From: Patescibacteria group bacterium
GTDB taxonomy: Bacteria; Patescibacteriota; Minisyncoccia; GWC2-36-17; WO2-46-25
Length of the DNA stretch: 64,000 bases
Direction of reading: 5' to 3'
Assembly (NCBI GenBank): GCA_038062295.1
Contig: JBBTXL010000008.1
Span: forward strand, 1,430 to 65,429
How positions within the stretch are numbered: position 1 is the first letter of the stretch; every line of letters starts with the position of its first letter. A program made the position numbers and the translations under genes. Of this stretch, positions 18,566 through 27,724 are shown piece by piece. The notes under the pieces were generated by a model. It was not told the origin of the DNA, did not search any database, and saw nothing but the letters and a program-made list of their open reading frames with translations.

Positions 18566-21523
18566 ATGAAAATGAGAACACGATTTAGCAGGATAGCTAC
18601 TTTGACGGCATTAACCATTCTTTTGGCTGTGCCTGTTTTTGTTTTCACAGTACCATATTCATATGCGGCACAAAACATTGTTGATGGAGACTTGGTGACC
18701 GTTTCTCCTAATCCAGATATCTATATTGTCAAAATTATAGGTGTCAAAAAGTTTAAAAGGCTCATCCTCAATCCCGATATTTTCGATTCCTATGGGCATC
18801 TCAAATGGAGCAATGTAAAAATGATTGATCAGGCAACCCTTGATTTGTATAAATCTTCTGAACTTGTCATTGAAATCAATGCTGATGGGAGCATTGCCGA
18901 CCCCAAGGTATACAGAGTGGTTTCTTCGGCAAATAGCGATGTTGGCGAACGAAGCTGGTTGAATTTAACAGCTTCTGAATTTGAAGCCGCGGGGTATGAT
19001 TGGGATTCGCTTTATCATGTTAATCATAGAGAAGCATTACCTAGTTTTTACCCAACGAAAAATCCTCTCACATATCAGGATGTTTTAAAAATTAAACAAG
19101 CACCATCTCCATCTGTTCAGGTTGCATTCTCTATCGCGCTAGTTGCTCCGAATAAGATTCTGGCGGGATACGCTACTAATATTGTTATAAAAGGATTTGG
19201 TTTTAAGCAGGGCGCCAGAGTGGACTTTGGATCAGGAGCGACACAAGTACCCTACGGAGTTACGAACTCTGAGCAGATTACCGCACTTATTCCCGCAGGG
19301 ATGCCGCCGCTTACTTATAACCTTTCAATTACGAATCCTGACGGGCAGGTAGCAATTTTAAATGATGCATTAACCTTGCAAGCCTCAACCTCTCAAATTA
19401 TGAATGGTCTGACAACAAGTCAAGTATATGACCTTGTTAGTCCTTCTGTTGTGCAAATAACTAACAATTGTGATAGCTCTCTTGGTAGCGGTTTTGTTTT
19501 TGAAAATGGTGGATACATCTTAACCAATGAACACGTTGTACATGGATGCAGTGCTGTTGGAGTAAAGCTGAAAAGTGGTGTAAATCTTGTGGGAACCGTA
19601 CGTGGGACAGATGCGCTAAATGACGTAGCGGTAGTTAAAATCGACCAAAGTATTCCAACCTTGATTTTAGGTGATTCAAACCTATTTATTGATTCAACTG
19701 TATTTGTTGCCGGACATCCATCTGGTCTTACAAATGTAGTTGTTAATAGGGGTGTTATTAATTCTAGCGGACAACCATGTTTAACCTTTCCTTTGTCCTG
19801 TTCTGGCACTTGGAGTTATCTGACAACGCTTAAATTAGCAGAACATGGTAGTAGTGGAGGGGTTTTGGTGAATGATAAAGGAGAGATTGTTGGATTGCAT
19901 AGAGCAGGAACTGACTCTGTTTCTTTTGCAATACCGATAAATTTCATAAAAGGCATAATACCAACTTTAAAATCTGGAGTATCCACATACACCCCAACTC
20001 CCACACCCTCTCCAGTGCCTACATCCTCTCCAACTCCTGCAACAGTCGTCGCGTTGACTGTCACCAAAAATAGCGGTATGGCTGACGCGACCTCTTCATT
20101 GCCAACGGGCGTGAAGGGAGCGACAAACGTCAAGATCGGTTCATTCGTCTTGACTGCGGGTGCGGGCGAAGCGACATTAGTTAGCCAGATAGTCGTGAAG
20201 AACAGCGCAACCGCAGGATTGGCGTTGGGACATGACTTCCAGAACTTGACTTTGAAGAACGGTACCACCGTTATCGGTTCCCCAATCGGTTCATTGTCAA
20301 CAACGGCAAGCGCGACCTACACCCTTACGCCGTCCTCATCGATAACCATCAATGCGGGACAGCAGTATGTGGTTGACGTGTACGCGGACATCTTAACAGG
20401 ATCTGCAAATGCAGGTGTAGCGGCATATGTTGCAGTGGTATGGGACGATGTGACGGCAGTTGGGAATTCAACAAGCGCCACAGCAGGAGTGGCAACTGAT
20501 GTTATCGGACAAACAGTGTACATCTCAAATGGTGGTTCATTGGTAATCGCAGCGGCTTCAGATATGCCTGTTGCGCAGAACCGCTCAATGGGTCAGACTG
20601 GCCAAACCTTGGTGACATTCAAATTCACTACGGGCGCAAGTGAAGCAGTCAATGTTAGTAAAATCATTGTTACTAACACATTATCAGGTATCGCGATAGC
20701 GGCAACTGGCACTATCACGAACCTCGGATTGTTTAAACCTGACGGGACGCAGGTGGGTACCTACATTTATTATATGACAACGAATAGTGGTCAAGATGCT
20801 CTAGCGACATTCAATGGCCTTACCTTGAATCTTCCGAGAGACACGGCAACGGTCTTGACCTTGAAAGGTGATGTGAACGGCTACCCGAACGGAGTTTCAG
20901 GTAGTGCTCACACTTTCAAGATTGCTACTGTAGCTGATGTTACTGCAACCGGCGCAACCGGCGGAACAACGATTATGGCAAGCGGTCCTTCTATTACAGG
21001 AAACGCGCAGACTGTGTATCGTTCAGAGTTGACTGTAGCAAACGCTATGTCCAACTCCTCGGGTGGTCAGGGTACCGATCAGGTCATAGGTAAATACAGA
21101 TTTACCAATACTTCGGCCGGCAACTACACCATCGCGGTATCTGATATTAATCTTGGATTGACAGGTTCAATTATTAACACTAACGTATCGCGGTACGTTA
21201 CCTTGAAACGGGATTCCGTCAGCGGCGCGACTGTTGCCAAGAAAGTGTTTAAAAACACAAACCTCACAGATATAACAAGTTGGGATCTTTCAGGAACTGA
21301 TAGCAATGAAGTTGCATTCATTCCGTTCACGATTGATTCAGCGGGTGGTACTGGTTACGTTGATTTCTACATATTAGCAGACACTAATGACGCGGCATCA
21401 ACTAGAACCATTTCAACAACCCTTGGAGGTGGCAGTAATGTCATTACATGGGGAGATGGTGTCACAACAGGCATTACTTCGTTGGATAACAAGCCCATCC
21501 CAGGAGCGACCATTACCTACTAA
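18566..21523 (+). CDS. Secreted chimera: signal peptide, N-domain, IPT/TIG-like domain, trypsin-like (S1C) protease, Pro/Thr linker, surface-protein C-terminal region
   Basis: GSGFVF, TNEHVV (His), NDVAVVKI (Asp), HGSSGG (Ser); C-terminal ~490 aa collinear with ORF 83..1963. Confidence 0.85.
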   Translation: MKMRTRFSRIATLTALTILLAVPVFVFTVPYSYAAQNIVDGDLVTVSPNPDIYIVKIIGVKKFKRLILNPDIFDSYGHLKWSNVKMIDQATLDLYKSSELVIEINADGSIADPKVYRVVSSANSDVGERSWLNLTASEFEAAGYDWDSLYHVNHREALPSFYPTKNPLTYQDVLKIKQAPSPSVQVAFSIALVAPNKILAGYATNIVIKGFGFKQGARVDFGSGATQVPYGVTNSEQITALIPAGMPPLTYNLSITNPDGQVAILNDALTLQASTSQIMNGLTTSQVYDLVSPSVVQITNNCDSSLGSGFVFENGGYILTNEHVVHGCSAVGVKLKSGVNLVGTVRGTDALNDVAVVKIDQSIPTLILGDSNLFIDSTVFVAGHPSGLTNVVVNRGVINSSGQPCLTFPLSCSGTWSYLTTLKLAEHGSSGGVLVNDKGEIVGLHRAGTDSVSFAIPINFIKGIIPTLKSGVSTYTPTPTPSPVPTSSPTPATVVALTVTKNSGMADATSSLPTGVKGATNVKIGSFVLTAGAGEATLVSQIVVKNSATAGLALGHDFQNLTLKNGTTVIGSPIGSLSTTASATYTLTPSSSITINAGQQYVVDVYADILTGSANAGVAAYVAVVWDDVTAVGNSTSATAGVATDVIGQTVYISNGGSLVIAAASDMPVAQNRSMGQTGQTLVTFKFTTGASEAVNVSKIIVTNTLSGIAIAATGTITNLGLFKPDGTQVGTYIYYMTTNSGQDALATFNGLTLNLPRDTATVLTLKGDVNGYPNGVSGSAHTFKIATVADVTATGATGGTTIMASGPSITGNAQTVYRSELTVANAMSNSSGGQGTDQVIGKYRFTNTSAGNYTIAVSDINLGLTGSIINTNVSRYVTLKRDSVSGATVAKKVFKNTNLTDITSWDLSGTDSNEVAFIPFTIDSAGGTGYVDFYILADTNDAASTRTISTTLGGGSNVITWGDGVTTGITSLDNKPIPGATITY

Positions 21524-21526
21524 ACC

Positions 21527-21778
21527 ATGAAAAAACTTATCGCCTCTACCGCATTTCTATTTTTATTCATAGCTCTGTTTTATTTTTCCAACCCGGCAGA
21601 AGCAGCCACAAGAACTAGAGGGTACTACAAACCAAGTACTGGTACTTATGTACAGCCGTATTACCGTTCCTCTTCGAACAGCTCAAGATGGGATAACTAT
21701 TCAACGCGAGGCAATTACAATCCCTACACGGGTAAAAAGGGTTATATCAGTCCTTACAAGAGTTATCGGTTTAGATAA
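21527..21778 (+). CDS. Small secreted Tyr/Gly/basic protein
   Basis: Signal peptide; GYYKPSTGTYVQPYYRS...DNYSTRGNYNPYTGKKG. Confidence 0.7.
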   Translation: MKKLIASTAFLFLFIALFYFSNPAEAATRTRGYYKPSTGTYVQPYYRSSSNSSRWDNYSTRGNYNPYTGKKGYISPYKSYRFR

Positions 21779-21780
21779 TT

Positions 21781-22131
21781 ATGATCAACAAACTCAACAA
21801 AGTTTTAATCTTATCATGGGCATTGCTTTTTTTAGCGATGCCTATTTTTGTCTCAGCCCATCGTTCCGGTTGTCATCGTTGGCACTCTTGCCCATCTGAT
21901 ACTGGTTCGTATGTCTGTGGTGATTTAGGGCATCCTTGCACGTACCCAACCTATCCCAAGTCTGGTGGTGTTATTTTGCCAGAGAGTGTTGCAACTTTAC
22001 CACAACAACCTCACAAGAAAACCAGTGAAACAGCAAGACAAAAACGGATCACCGTATTGAAAAAGCAGATTTCGGATTTGAGGTTAAAACTTCAGCAATT
22101 AGAGAGCCAACTCAAAGCGCTTGAACAATAA
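21781..22131 (+). CDS. Secreted His/Cys-motif (YHYH-like) protein with coiled-coil tail
   Basis: Signal peptide ending SA-HRSGCHRWHSCPSD. Confidence 0.65.
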   Translation: MINKLNKVLILSWALLFLAMPIFVSAHRSGCHRWHSCPSDTGSYVCGDLGHPCTYPTYPKSGGVILPESVATLPQQPHKKTSETARQKRITVLKKQISDLRLKLQQLESQLKALEQ

Positions 22132-22187
22132 ATTAAATTGATGTAACAGATGAGTTCACCCGAGTCAAGATATTACGAGACTTTTAG

Positions 22188-22386
22188 CGGAGTTAGTTTT
22201 TAATCCAATAATATGGAAATAATAGGTTTAGGTCTAGTCATATTGGGACTTATTTGGACAGTAATCAGTTTTATTATCAAGGTTTTTGTCTATGCTGTTT
22301 ATTTTTTGCCATTTATTGGGTATAAGATATTAGATTTTTTAAGTTTATGGCCACACATTTGGCCACTTAACGGAGTTAGTTTTTAA
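22188..22386 (+). repeat. 16-bp direct repeat CGGAGTTAGTTTTTAA (22188-22203, 22371-22386)
   Basis: Exact copies, each starting 25 nt before an ATG. Confidence 0.75.
22213..22386 (+). CDS. 57-aa membrane protein (not in ORF track)
   Basis: MEIIGLGLVILGLIWTVISFIIKVFVYAVYFLPFIGYKILDFLSLWPHIWPLNGVSF*. Confidence 0.55.
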   Translation: MEIIGLGLVILGLIWTVISFIIKVFVYAVYFLPFIGYKILDFLSLWPHIWPLNGVSF

Positions 22387-22395
22387 CTTAATTAT

Positions 22396-22716
22396 ATGGG
22401 AAAATTTAAATTATCATTACCCATTACAATTTTATTAGCGAGTATTGTTTTAGGCGGCTTCTACTATGCGAGCGAAGCAAACAAACAAAAGTCTACTGAA
22501 AGACAACAGCGAGACGAACAGGTGGTCACCGAAAAAAACCTTTTCGACTTAAAATGGTGTTTAGCGACTGCAGAGGGTGATAGGAAGGATTTTCTAAGAT
22601 TAAACGGTCCTGATGGGCATATTGATGGCCGATATACTAATAATACAACTCTCATACAACAGGCTGAAAGACAAAAAAAGGAAGATGAGCAAAGGTGTTA
22701 TCAGTTATACAAATAA
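22396..22716 (+). CDS. Membrane-anchored hypothetical protein
   Basis: N-terminal TM; two Cys. Confidence 0.65.
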   Translation: MGKFKLSLPITILLASIVLGGFYYASEANKQKSTERQQRDEQVVTEKNLFDLKWCLATAEGDRKDFLRLNGPDGHIDGRYTNNTTLIQQAERQKKEDEQRCYQLYK

Positions 22717-22852
22717 TTTATTTCAAAACCAAAAATGCAACCAGGACCTTGGATAGATGCAAACATCTTCGATCCTGATAGCAACGAATTTATTGATGAG
22801 GGGCTGGATGAAGATGATGCTGTTGAATTTGCTGATGAGCTATAAATAGTGA

Positions 22853-23305
22853 GTGGCAGGGTGGGGTAAAAAGGCGTATAGTGAAGTTATGCAAAATGGG
22901 TTAAAAGATAAATGGGTTGAATTTCGTGAGCAACTTGATGCTTTGGGCTACTTGATAGGGGCTGTATTGGTTGTAGGCGCAATTATTTGGGGTATCTATA
23001 GCTTGTTCGGCTGGGGTGAACGAGAAGGTGTAGTGAAGTTTGACGATTGCAGGCAAATGGTAACTCTGAAACCAGATACTTTCCAAAAATACTTCAAATC
23101 CTTTACTTGTATGTATAGGAGAACCGAAAGTGGGAGGATAATGTCGGGTGAGTGTGTCCATATTGATACTGCGGGTACACTGTTTTCAAGCAGTAATGAA
23201 TGTGATACCGCTTATATCTATGAGAAAGAGCAGGAGGGGAGTTGCACGGACCCCAAATATCCATATCTGGGTTACGATGATATGTGTCACACCAACCTGC
23301 AATGA
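22853..23305 (+). CDS. Membrane-anchored Cys-rich hypothetical protein
   Basis: One TM helix, six Cys in the C-terminal domain. Confidence 0.6.
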   Translation: MAGWGKKAYSEVMQNGLKDKWVEFREQLDALGYLIGAVLVVGAIIWGIYSLFGWGEREGVVKFDDCRQMVTLKPDTFQKYFKSFTCMYRRTESGRIMSGECVHIDTAGTLFSSSNECDTAYIYEKEQEGSCTDPKYPYLGYDDMCHTNLQ

Positions 23306-23600
23306 TACTTTTGAAACAATGAGTAGTTTGATGGGGGTCAGAAGCTCATCGCAAATGAAGGATATTTGAAATGAAACTCACTTTTGCCTTGTAGGAGAAC
23401 AGTTCTAACTTCATCCAGTGCGCGGAGCATCGAAATAAAAAATGTCCCTTTATGGGGTATTTTTTATTTCTGATATTTTAGGAAGTGGGATTCGAAGGGT
23501 ATTTCAAAAACAGAAACTGCTTTCTGTTTTTGAAAACCCGGGCTCTGGAGGAGTATATTTTTCTTGTGCATATATGCACGAAAAATATGCGGGGGAAGAG

Positions 23601-23616
23601 GAATCCCACCCCCGGA
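23601..23616 (+). repeat. Duplicate of tRNA-Asn 3' end (att-like)
   Basis: GAATCCCACCCCCGGA identical to 13208-13223. Confidence 0.85.
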
Positions 23617-23725
23617 ACGCTTGACAAATAGCACAGAAATGTGCTTTATTTGTTTTAGAAAGTTTTCCGAAAAAGAAAACTGCATTCACAACTAAATAGG
23701 GAAGCGAGGAAAGGAGGGATGAAAA

Positions 23726-24307
23726 GTGAACGCTCTGGTCTTGGCTGGCAGTATACTTGGCATCTTAACGTACATTCCGCTGTGGAAGGGGATTAGGTCG
23801 GGTGAGGTGAACCAAAATCTATTCACCTGGATTCTGTGGGTGGCGGTGGACTTCGTTATCGCCGCGTCAGTCATTACGCAGGGCGGGAACTTTTTACTCC
23901 CGGTTGCCTATACGGTGGGGAGCGCGATAACGGCGTTTTTTATCTTCGCGTCGGAGAGCAGGGCTTCTTGGACATGGATTGAGACGGTGGTTGCGCTGCT
24001 TGTTGTAGCAAGTATGGGTGTGTGGGTTTACTCTGGCAGTAAGCTCGCCACCATCGCGAGCACCACGGCAATGATTATCGCGGGAATACCACAGCTTGTT
24101 GATGCGTGGAAGAAGCCCCGGGAAATGCCGATGCCGGTGTTCGTGAGCTACTTTATTGCCAATAGTCTCTCTGCGGCTGGCGGTAAAAACTGGTCCATTG
24201 AAGAGAGGTTTTTCCCGGTAGCATTGGCTTTTTACTGTGTGGCAATAATTTTCTGTTCGGCTCGCCGATTTTGGTTGAAAAGCGCGGTCGACGGGGTGGT
24301 GCATTAA
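23726..24307 (+). CDS. Polytopic membrane protein (PQ-loop-like)
   Basis: Multiple TMs; YIPLW and GIPQL half-repeats; SD GGAGG upstream. Confidence 0.65.
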   Translation: MNALVLAGSILGILTYIPLWKGIRSGEVNQNLFTWILWVAVDFVIAASVITQGGNFLLPVAYTVGSAITAFFIFASESRASWTWIETVVALLVVASMGVWVYSGSKLATIASTTAMIIAGIPQLVDAWKKPREMPMPVFVSYFIANSLSAAGGKNWSIEERFFPVALAFYCVAIIFCSARRFWLKSAVDGVVH

Positions 24308-24516
24308 GTAGTTGGGGATGGGAGAGTAAAACCGACCCGCCCCCCCCCAAAACACTCCGCCCCAATCGCCAAAGAACCCTTATGGTGCTTGGAGGCTAAA
24401 AATTCACGACCTGCATGGGAAAGTCACTGACTGTTTTCTTGATGTGATTTATATTCGTGCAGTTAGATCAGGATAGCTTTTTTAACAATCGAATATTGAC
24501 CAAAGAGGAGGATGAC

Positions 24517-24786
24517 ATGAACAAGAAGGTTATTGAAATGAACATTAACGATTTTGTCACTGTACGTCTCAGTTCGGAAGGCGTCAGGACCTACGAGGAT
24601 TATTTTAGCACACTGGCAAAGCGGTTGGGACGTCGAAAGGAAGATATTTATATCAAACTTGATCGGCGCCGCGGCGGGCGGGTGGAATTTCCGCTATGGA
24701 GACTGATGGAGATATTTGGTCCGAAGATTTATCATGGTGGACCAATCTTTTTCCTCAACAGCACCGTACGAATCGTTCAAAAGTGA
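24517..24786 (+). CDS. Hypothetical phage-like protein
   Basis: SD GAGGAGG; NINDFVTVRLS...FPLWRLMEIFG; terminator follows. Confidence 0.55.
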   Translation: MNKKVIEMNINDFVTVRLSSEGVRTYEDYFSTLAKRLGRRKEDIYIKLDRRRGGRVEFPLWRLMEIFGPKIYHGGPIFFLNSTVRIVQK

Positions 24787-24907
24787 CCCTGGAAAAGTCC
24801 CGCGCCTAAACAGCCGGGGCTTTCTTTTATCAGGTAAGTTCCCCATCGTCCCATAAGGCGTGCCGATTTTCTTAGCCAACTCCATGCAGCTATGGTAATA
24901 TTTTTGT

Positions 24908-25075
24908 ATGAATAAAAGGAGAGTGTTATACTCCGTTCTCGCAATAGTATTCGGGGCATGTATTGTTGCATACGGAGGGATTGATGATAGCCCCGGAGGT
25001 CAGCTACTCGGACTCCTGGTAGTTATCATCGGTATTGTAGGCGTGATAAAAAGCAAGAAGAAAATCCTCCTCTGA
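24908..25075 (+). CDS. 55-aa two-TM membrane protein (not in ORF track)
   Basis: MNKRRVLYSVLAIVFGACIVAYGGIDDSPGGQLLGLLVVIIGIVGVIKSKKKILL*. Confidence 0.65.
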   Translation: MNKRRVLYSVLAIVFGACIVAYGGIDDSPGGQLLGLLVVIIGIVGVIKSKKKILL

Positions 25076-25303
25076 TTTCTTTCCGGAAGATTTTAGTATC
25101 GTTGGTATTTTGATGCGGTGGAACATGAATATCATTCAGAATTACCATCACGCAACCGCATTGCCCTCAAAAAACCGGAAGCATATTTGAAACAATAACA
25201 TTCTTGACATCATAATTCGTACAGGGGCGGGGAAAACGGTGGTTTTCTTTTCCGGCGGTATCTGGTACACTCAAGGCATCATTAACTTATAGAACACACA
25301 TCT

Positions 25304-25426
25304 ATGGCAAAAAGACGCACGGGGATAGATAAACATAAAAAATCGCATTCCCACAAAACCAAGAAGCGGTTGGAAATAAAGAGACTGATGCTCGAAGCCA
25401 AGGCACGCAGAAGAAAGCGTACATAG
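25304..25426 (+). CDS. 40-aa highly basic peptide (not in ORF track)
   Basis: MAKRRTGIDKHKKSHSHKTKKRLEIKRLMLEAKARRRKRT*. Confidence 0.55.
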   Translation: MAKRRTGIDKHKKSHSHKTKKRLEIKRLMLEAKARRRKRT

Positions 25427-25692
25427 ATACTCCTACGCTGTTCTATGGTATCATGACGGTAGATTCGTACCATTGGCTATCGTATGCGCATACTATCAAG
25501 ACAGTTTTTGACAAGAGCGTTACCATGTGTTGTGCTTTTGTTGTTTTTTGTGTTCGCGGTAGGGCTTTCCTACGCCGAGGAAAATAAGGATCCGGGCAGT
25601 TAACCCCCACTTCTCAAGCACGAGGTGTTTTTATCATGCGCGATTTGTGCGCGATTCTTGCGCGATTCCCAGGAGAGCGCTATACTGGGAAT

Positions 25693-26748
25693 ATGTTCGA
25701 ACCGAAATACAATCTTACCAACTCGATCGTCCAGGCGCTTACCTCCATCGCCGAATCAAAAGCGGTCATCGAGCGCGCAAAGATCCTGCCGCAACAGGAG
25801 GTGCGGCTTCGGCGCCAGGCGTTGGTGAGGATGACGCACAGCTCGACGGCGATCGAGGGCAACCGGCTGAACGCCGGGGAAGTGGAGGCGCTTATGGCGC
25901 ACAAAAAAGTGGATGCTCCCGAACGGGAGATTCATGAGGTCAAAAATTATCTCGCGGCGCTGCGTTTTATAGAGAAATGCGTCGTAGCCGGCCGGCCAAT
26001 CAATGAAAAAGCGTTGTTGCGTATCCACGCGCTGGTAACGGCCCACACGCTTCCCAAAGAACAGAGCGGGAGATACAGAAAGGGGCTGGTGTATGTCGTG
26101 AAGCGGCGTGTTGGTTTTCCGAACGAGGTGGTATACACCGCCCCGGATGCGAGAAAAGTCCCACAGCTGTGCAGGAACATGTTGGTGTGGCTGAAAGAAA
26201 GCGCGGGACACAATATTAATCCGGTCATTGTCGCCGGCATTGTGCACCAGGAACTGGCTGCGATCCACCCCTTTACCGATGGAAACGGAAGGACGGCGCG
26301 TGCGTTCGCGACCCTGGCTCTGTACCAGCGCGGATACGATTTTCGGCGCTTGTTCGCATTGGAAGATCACTATAACCGTGATCGTCCCGCGTATTATGCG
26401 GCGATTAACATCGGAAAAAATTACGAAACAAGAATGGTCGATTTCACGCCGTGGCTCGAGTATTTTGTGGATGGTTTTCAGGAAGAGATTGATAACGTCA
26501 GGAGGCAGGTGATATCCCTTTCCCAAAAGAAGTTGAGCAACCGGGTTGATACCAGGGTGTTTCTACAGAAAGAACAGATCGAGATATTGGAGCTTCTTGA
26601 CCGGGTTGGGAGAGTAACCGCACAGGATATTATGGGCGTTCTCAAGTGTCCCAAAAGAACCGCCCAGCTCCATCTTCAGAAATTGAAAAAACTCGGGTTG
26701 CTCGGACAGGTGGGAAAAGGGCGCGCCTCTGCATATGTGATGAAGTAA
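25693..26748 (+). CDS. Fic family protein with C-terminal wHTH
   Basis: HPFTDGNGRTAR Fic motif; SSTAIEGN inhibitory motif. Confidence 0.92.
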   Translation: MFEPKYNLTNSIVQALTSIAESKAVIERAKILPQQEVRLRRQALVRMTHSSTAIEGNRLNAGEVEALMAHKKVDAPEREIHEVKNYLAALRFIEKCVVAGRPINEKALLRIHALVTAHTLPKEQSGRYRKGLVYVVKRRVGFPNEVVYTAPDARKVPQLCRNMLVWLKESAGHNINPVIVAGIVHQELAAIHPFTDGNGRTARAFATLALYQRGYDFRRLFALEDHYNRDRPAYYAAINIGKNYETRMVDFTPWLEYFVDGFQEEIDNVRRQVISLSQKKLSNRVDTRVFLQKEQIEILELLDRVGRVTAQDIMGVLKCPKRTAQLHLQKLKKLGLLGQVGKGRASAYVMK

Positions 26749-26794
26749 AATGCTTCCTTGCGGTCATGAACAAAACATAGGATAATAAAAGCAT

Positions 26795-27262
26795 ATGGCG
26801 ACCTATACAAAACAAGATATTCTCCGGTTTTTGAAAGAACAGAGCTTTATGACGCTTGCGACGGTTTCGCCCGACGGCGCGCCGCATGTCGTGGTGCTTT
26901 TGTACGCGGTTGACGACGATCTTTCGATATACTTTATGACACACGAGGATTCCCGCAAGGCGGCAAATTTGAGCGCCAGCAACACGGTCAGTCTGGTCGT
27001 GTGGGAGCATAAAAAGATGTCAGTGCAGATCGAGGGAACGGCCGAGGCCATCACGGACGAACAAAAGAAAGATGCGGTACTCGGAGCGCTGGCTGAAGCC
27101 GGAGCGAAACGTGAAGATTTTTGGCCGCCCATCTTTCGGATCAGGGGGGGAGCGTACGCCGTGTTCCGGATCAAGCCGAATCGGATACGTTGCCTGGACC
27201 TGGCGGGCGACCACATGAACGAATACCATACCCCCTTTACCGACCTTGATATTTCCGTATGA
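26795..27262 (+). CDS. Pyridoxamine 5'-phosphate oxidase-like FMN-binding protein
   Basis: LATVSPDGAPH...SRKAANL...VQIEGTA. Confidence 0.85.
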   Translation: MATYTKQDILRFLKEQSFMTLATVSPDGAPHVVVLLYAVDDDLSIYFMTHEDSRKAANLSASNTVSLVVWEHKKMSVQIEGTAEAITDEQKKDAVLGALAEAGAKREDFWPPIFRIRGGAYAVFRIKPNRIRCLDLAGDHMNEYHTPFTDLDISV

Positions 27263-27663
27263 GCGGAGCGCACAAGCTGAAGATGTTGGTGGTTGAGGAC
27301 GACCCATTCCTCATAAAGTTCTACAAGGCGAAGCTTGAGAAGAGAAATTTTGTCGTTTTTTGCTCTCCCGACGGAGGGCGCGCTTTGAGTGTAGCACAGG
27401 AAGAAAAGCCGGATCTGGTGTTGCTTGACATCGGCTTGCCGGGGAAAAGCGGATTTGACGTGTTAAAAGAACTCAAAGCACATGCGGAAACAAGAGAGAT
27501 TCCCGTCTTCCTGGTGACGAAATCCGCAGAAGAACGAGACCGAAAAAAAGGCGAAGAGCTCGGGGCGGAGGAGTATATTGTGAAGATGGAAGCAAGCTTT
27601 AACGACATGATGCAAAGAATAACGGAATACTTTGAAACATCTCCCGCAAAAAAGCAAGATTAA
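27259..27663 (+). CDS. Single-domain response regulator
   Basis: VVEDD, LLDIGLPG, conserved T and K. Confidence 0.9.
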   Translation: MSGAHKLKMLVVEDDPFLIKFYKAKLEKRNFVVFCSPDGGRALSVAQEEKPDLVLLDIGLPGKSGFDVLKELKAHAETREIPVFLVTKSAEERDRKKGEELGAEEYIVKMEASFNDMMQRITEYFETSPAKKQD

Positions 27664-27724
27664 TACTGTTCCTTTTTCTTCTCAGCCGTAGTATACTGAA
27701 GTTGTCTGCTTAGATAAGGTATCC

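Larger units (their letters stand above)
13220..23429. mobile_element. Integrative island at tRNA-Asn 3' end
   Basis: Recombinase abutting tRNA; visibly AT-richer than flanks; CGGAGCA core at 13220-13226 and 23423-23429; alternative right end at a 16-bp tRNA duplicate (23601-23616). Confidence 0.8.

Noticed and set aside
13186-23429. Prophage or conjugative element
   Set aside because: No capsid, terminase, tail, relaxase or T4SS genes recognised
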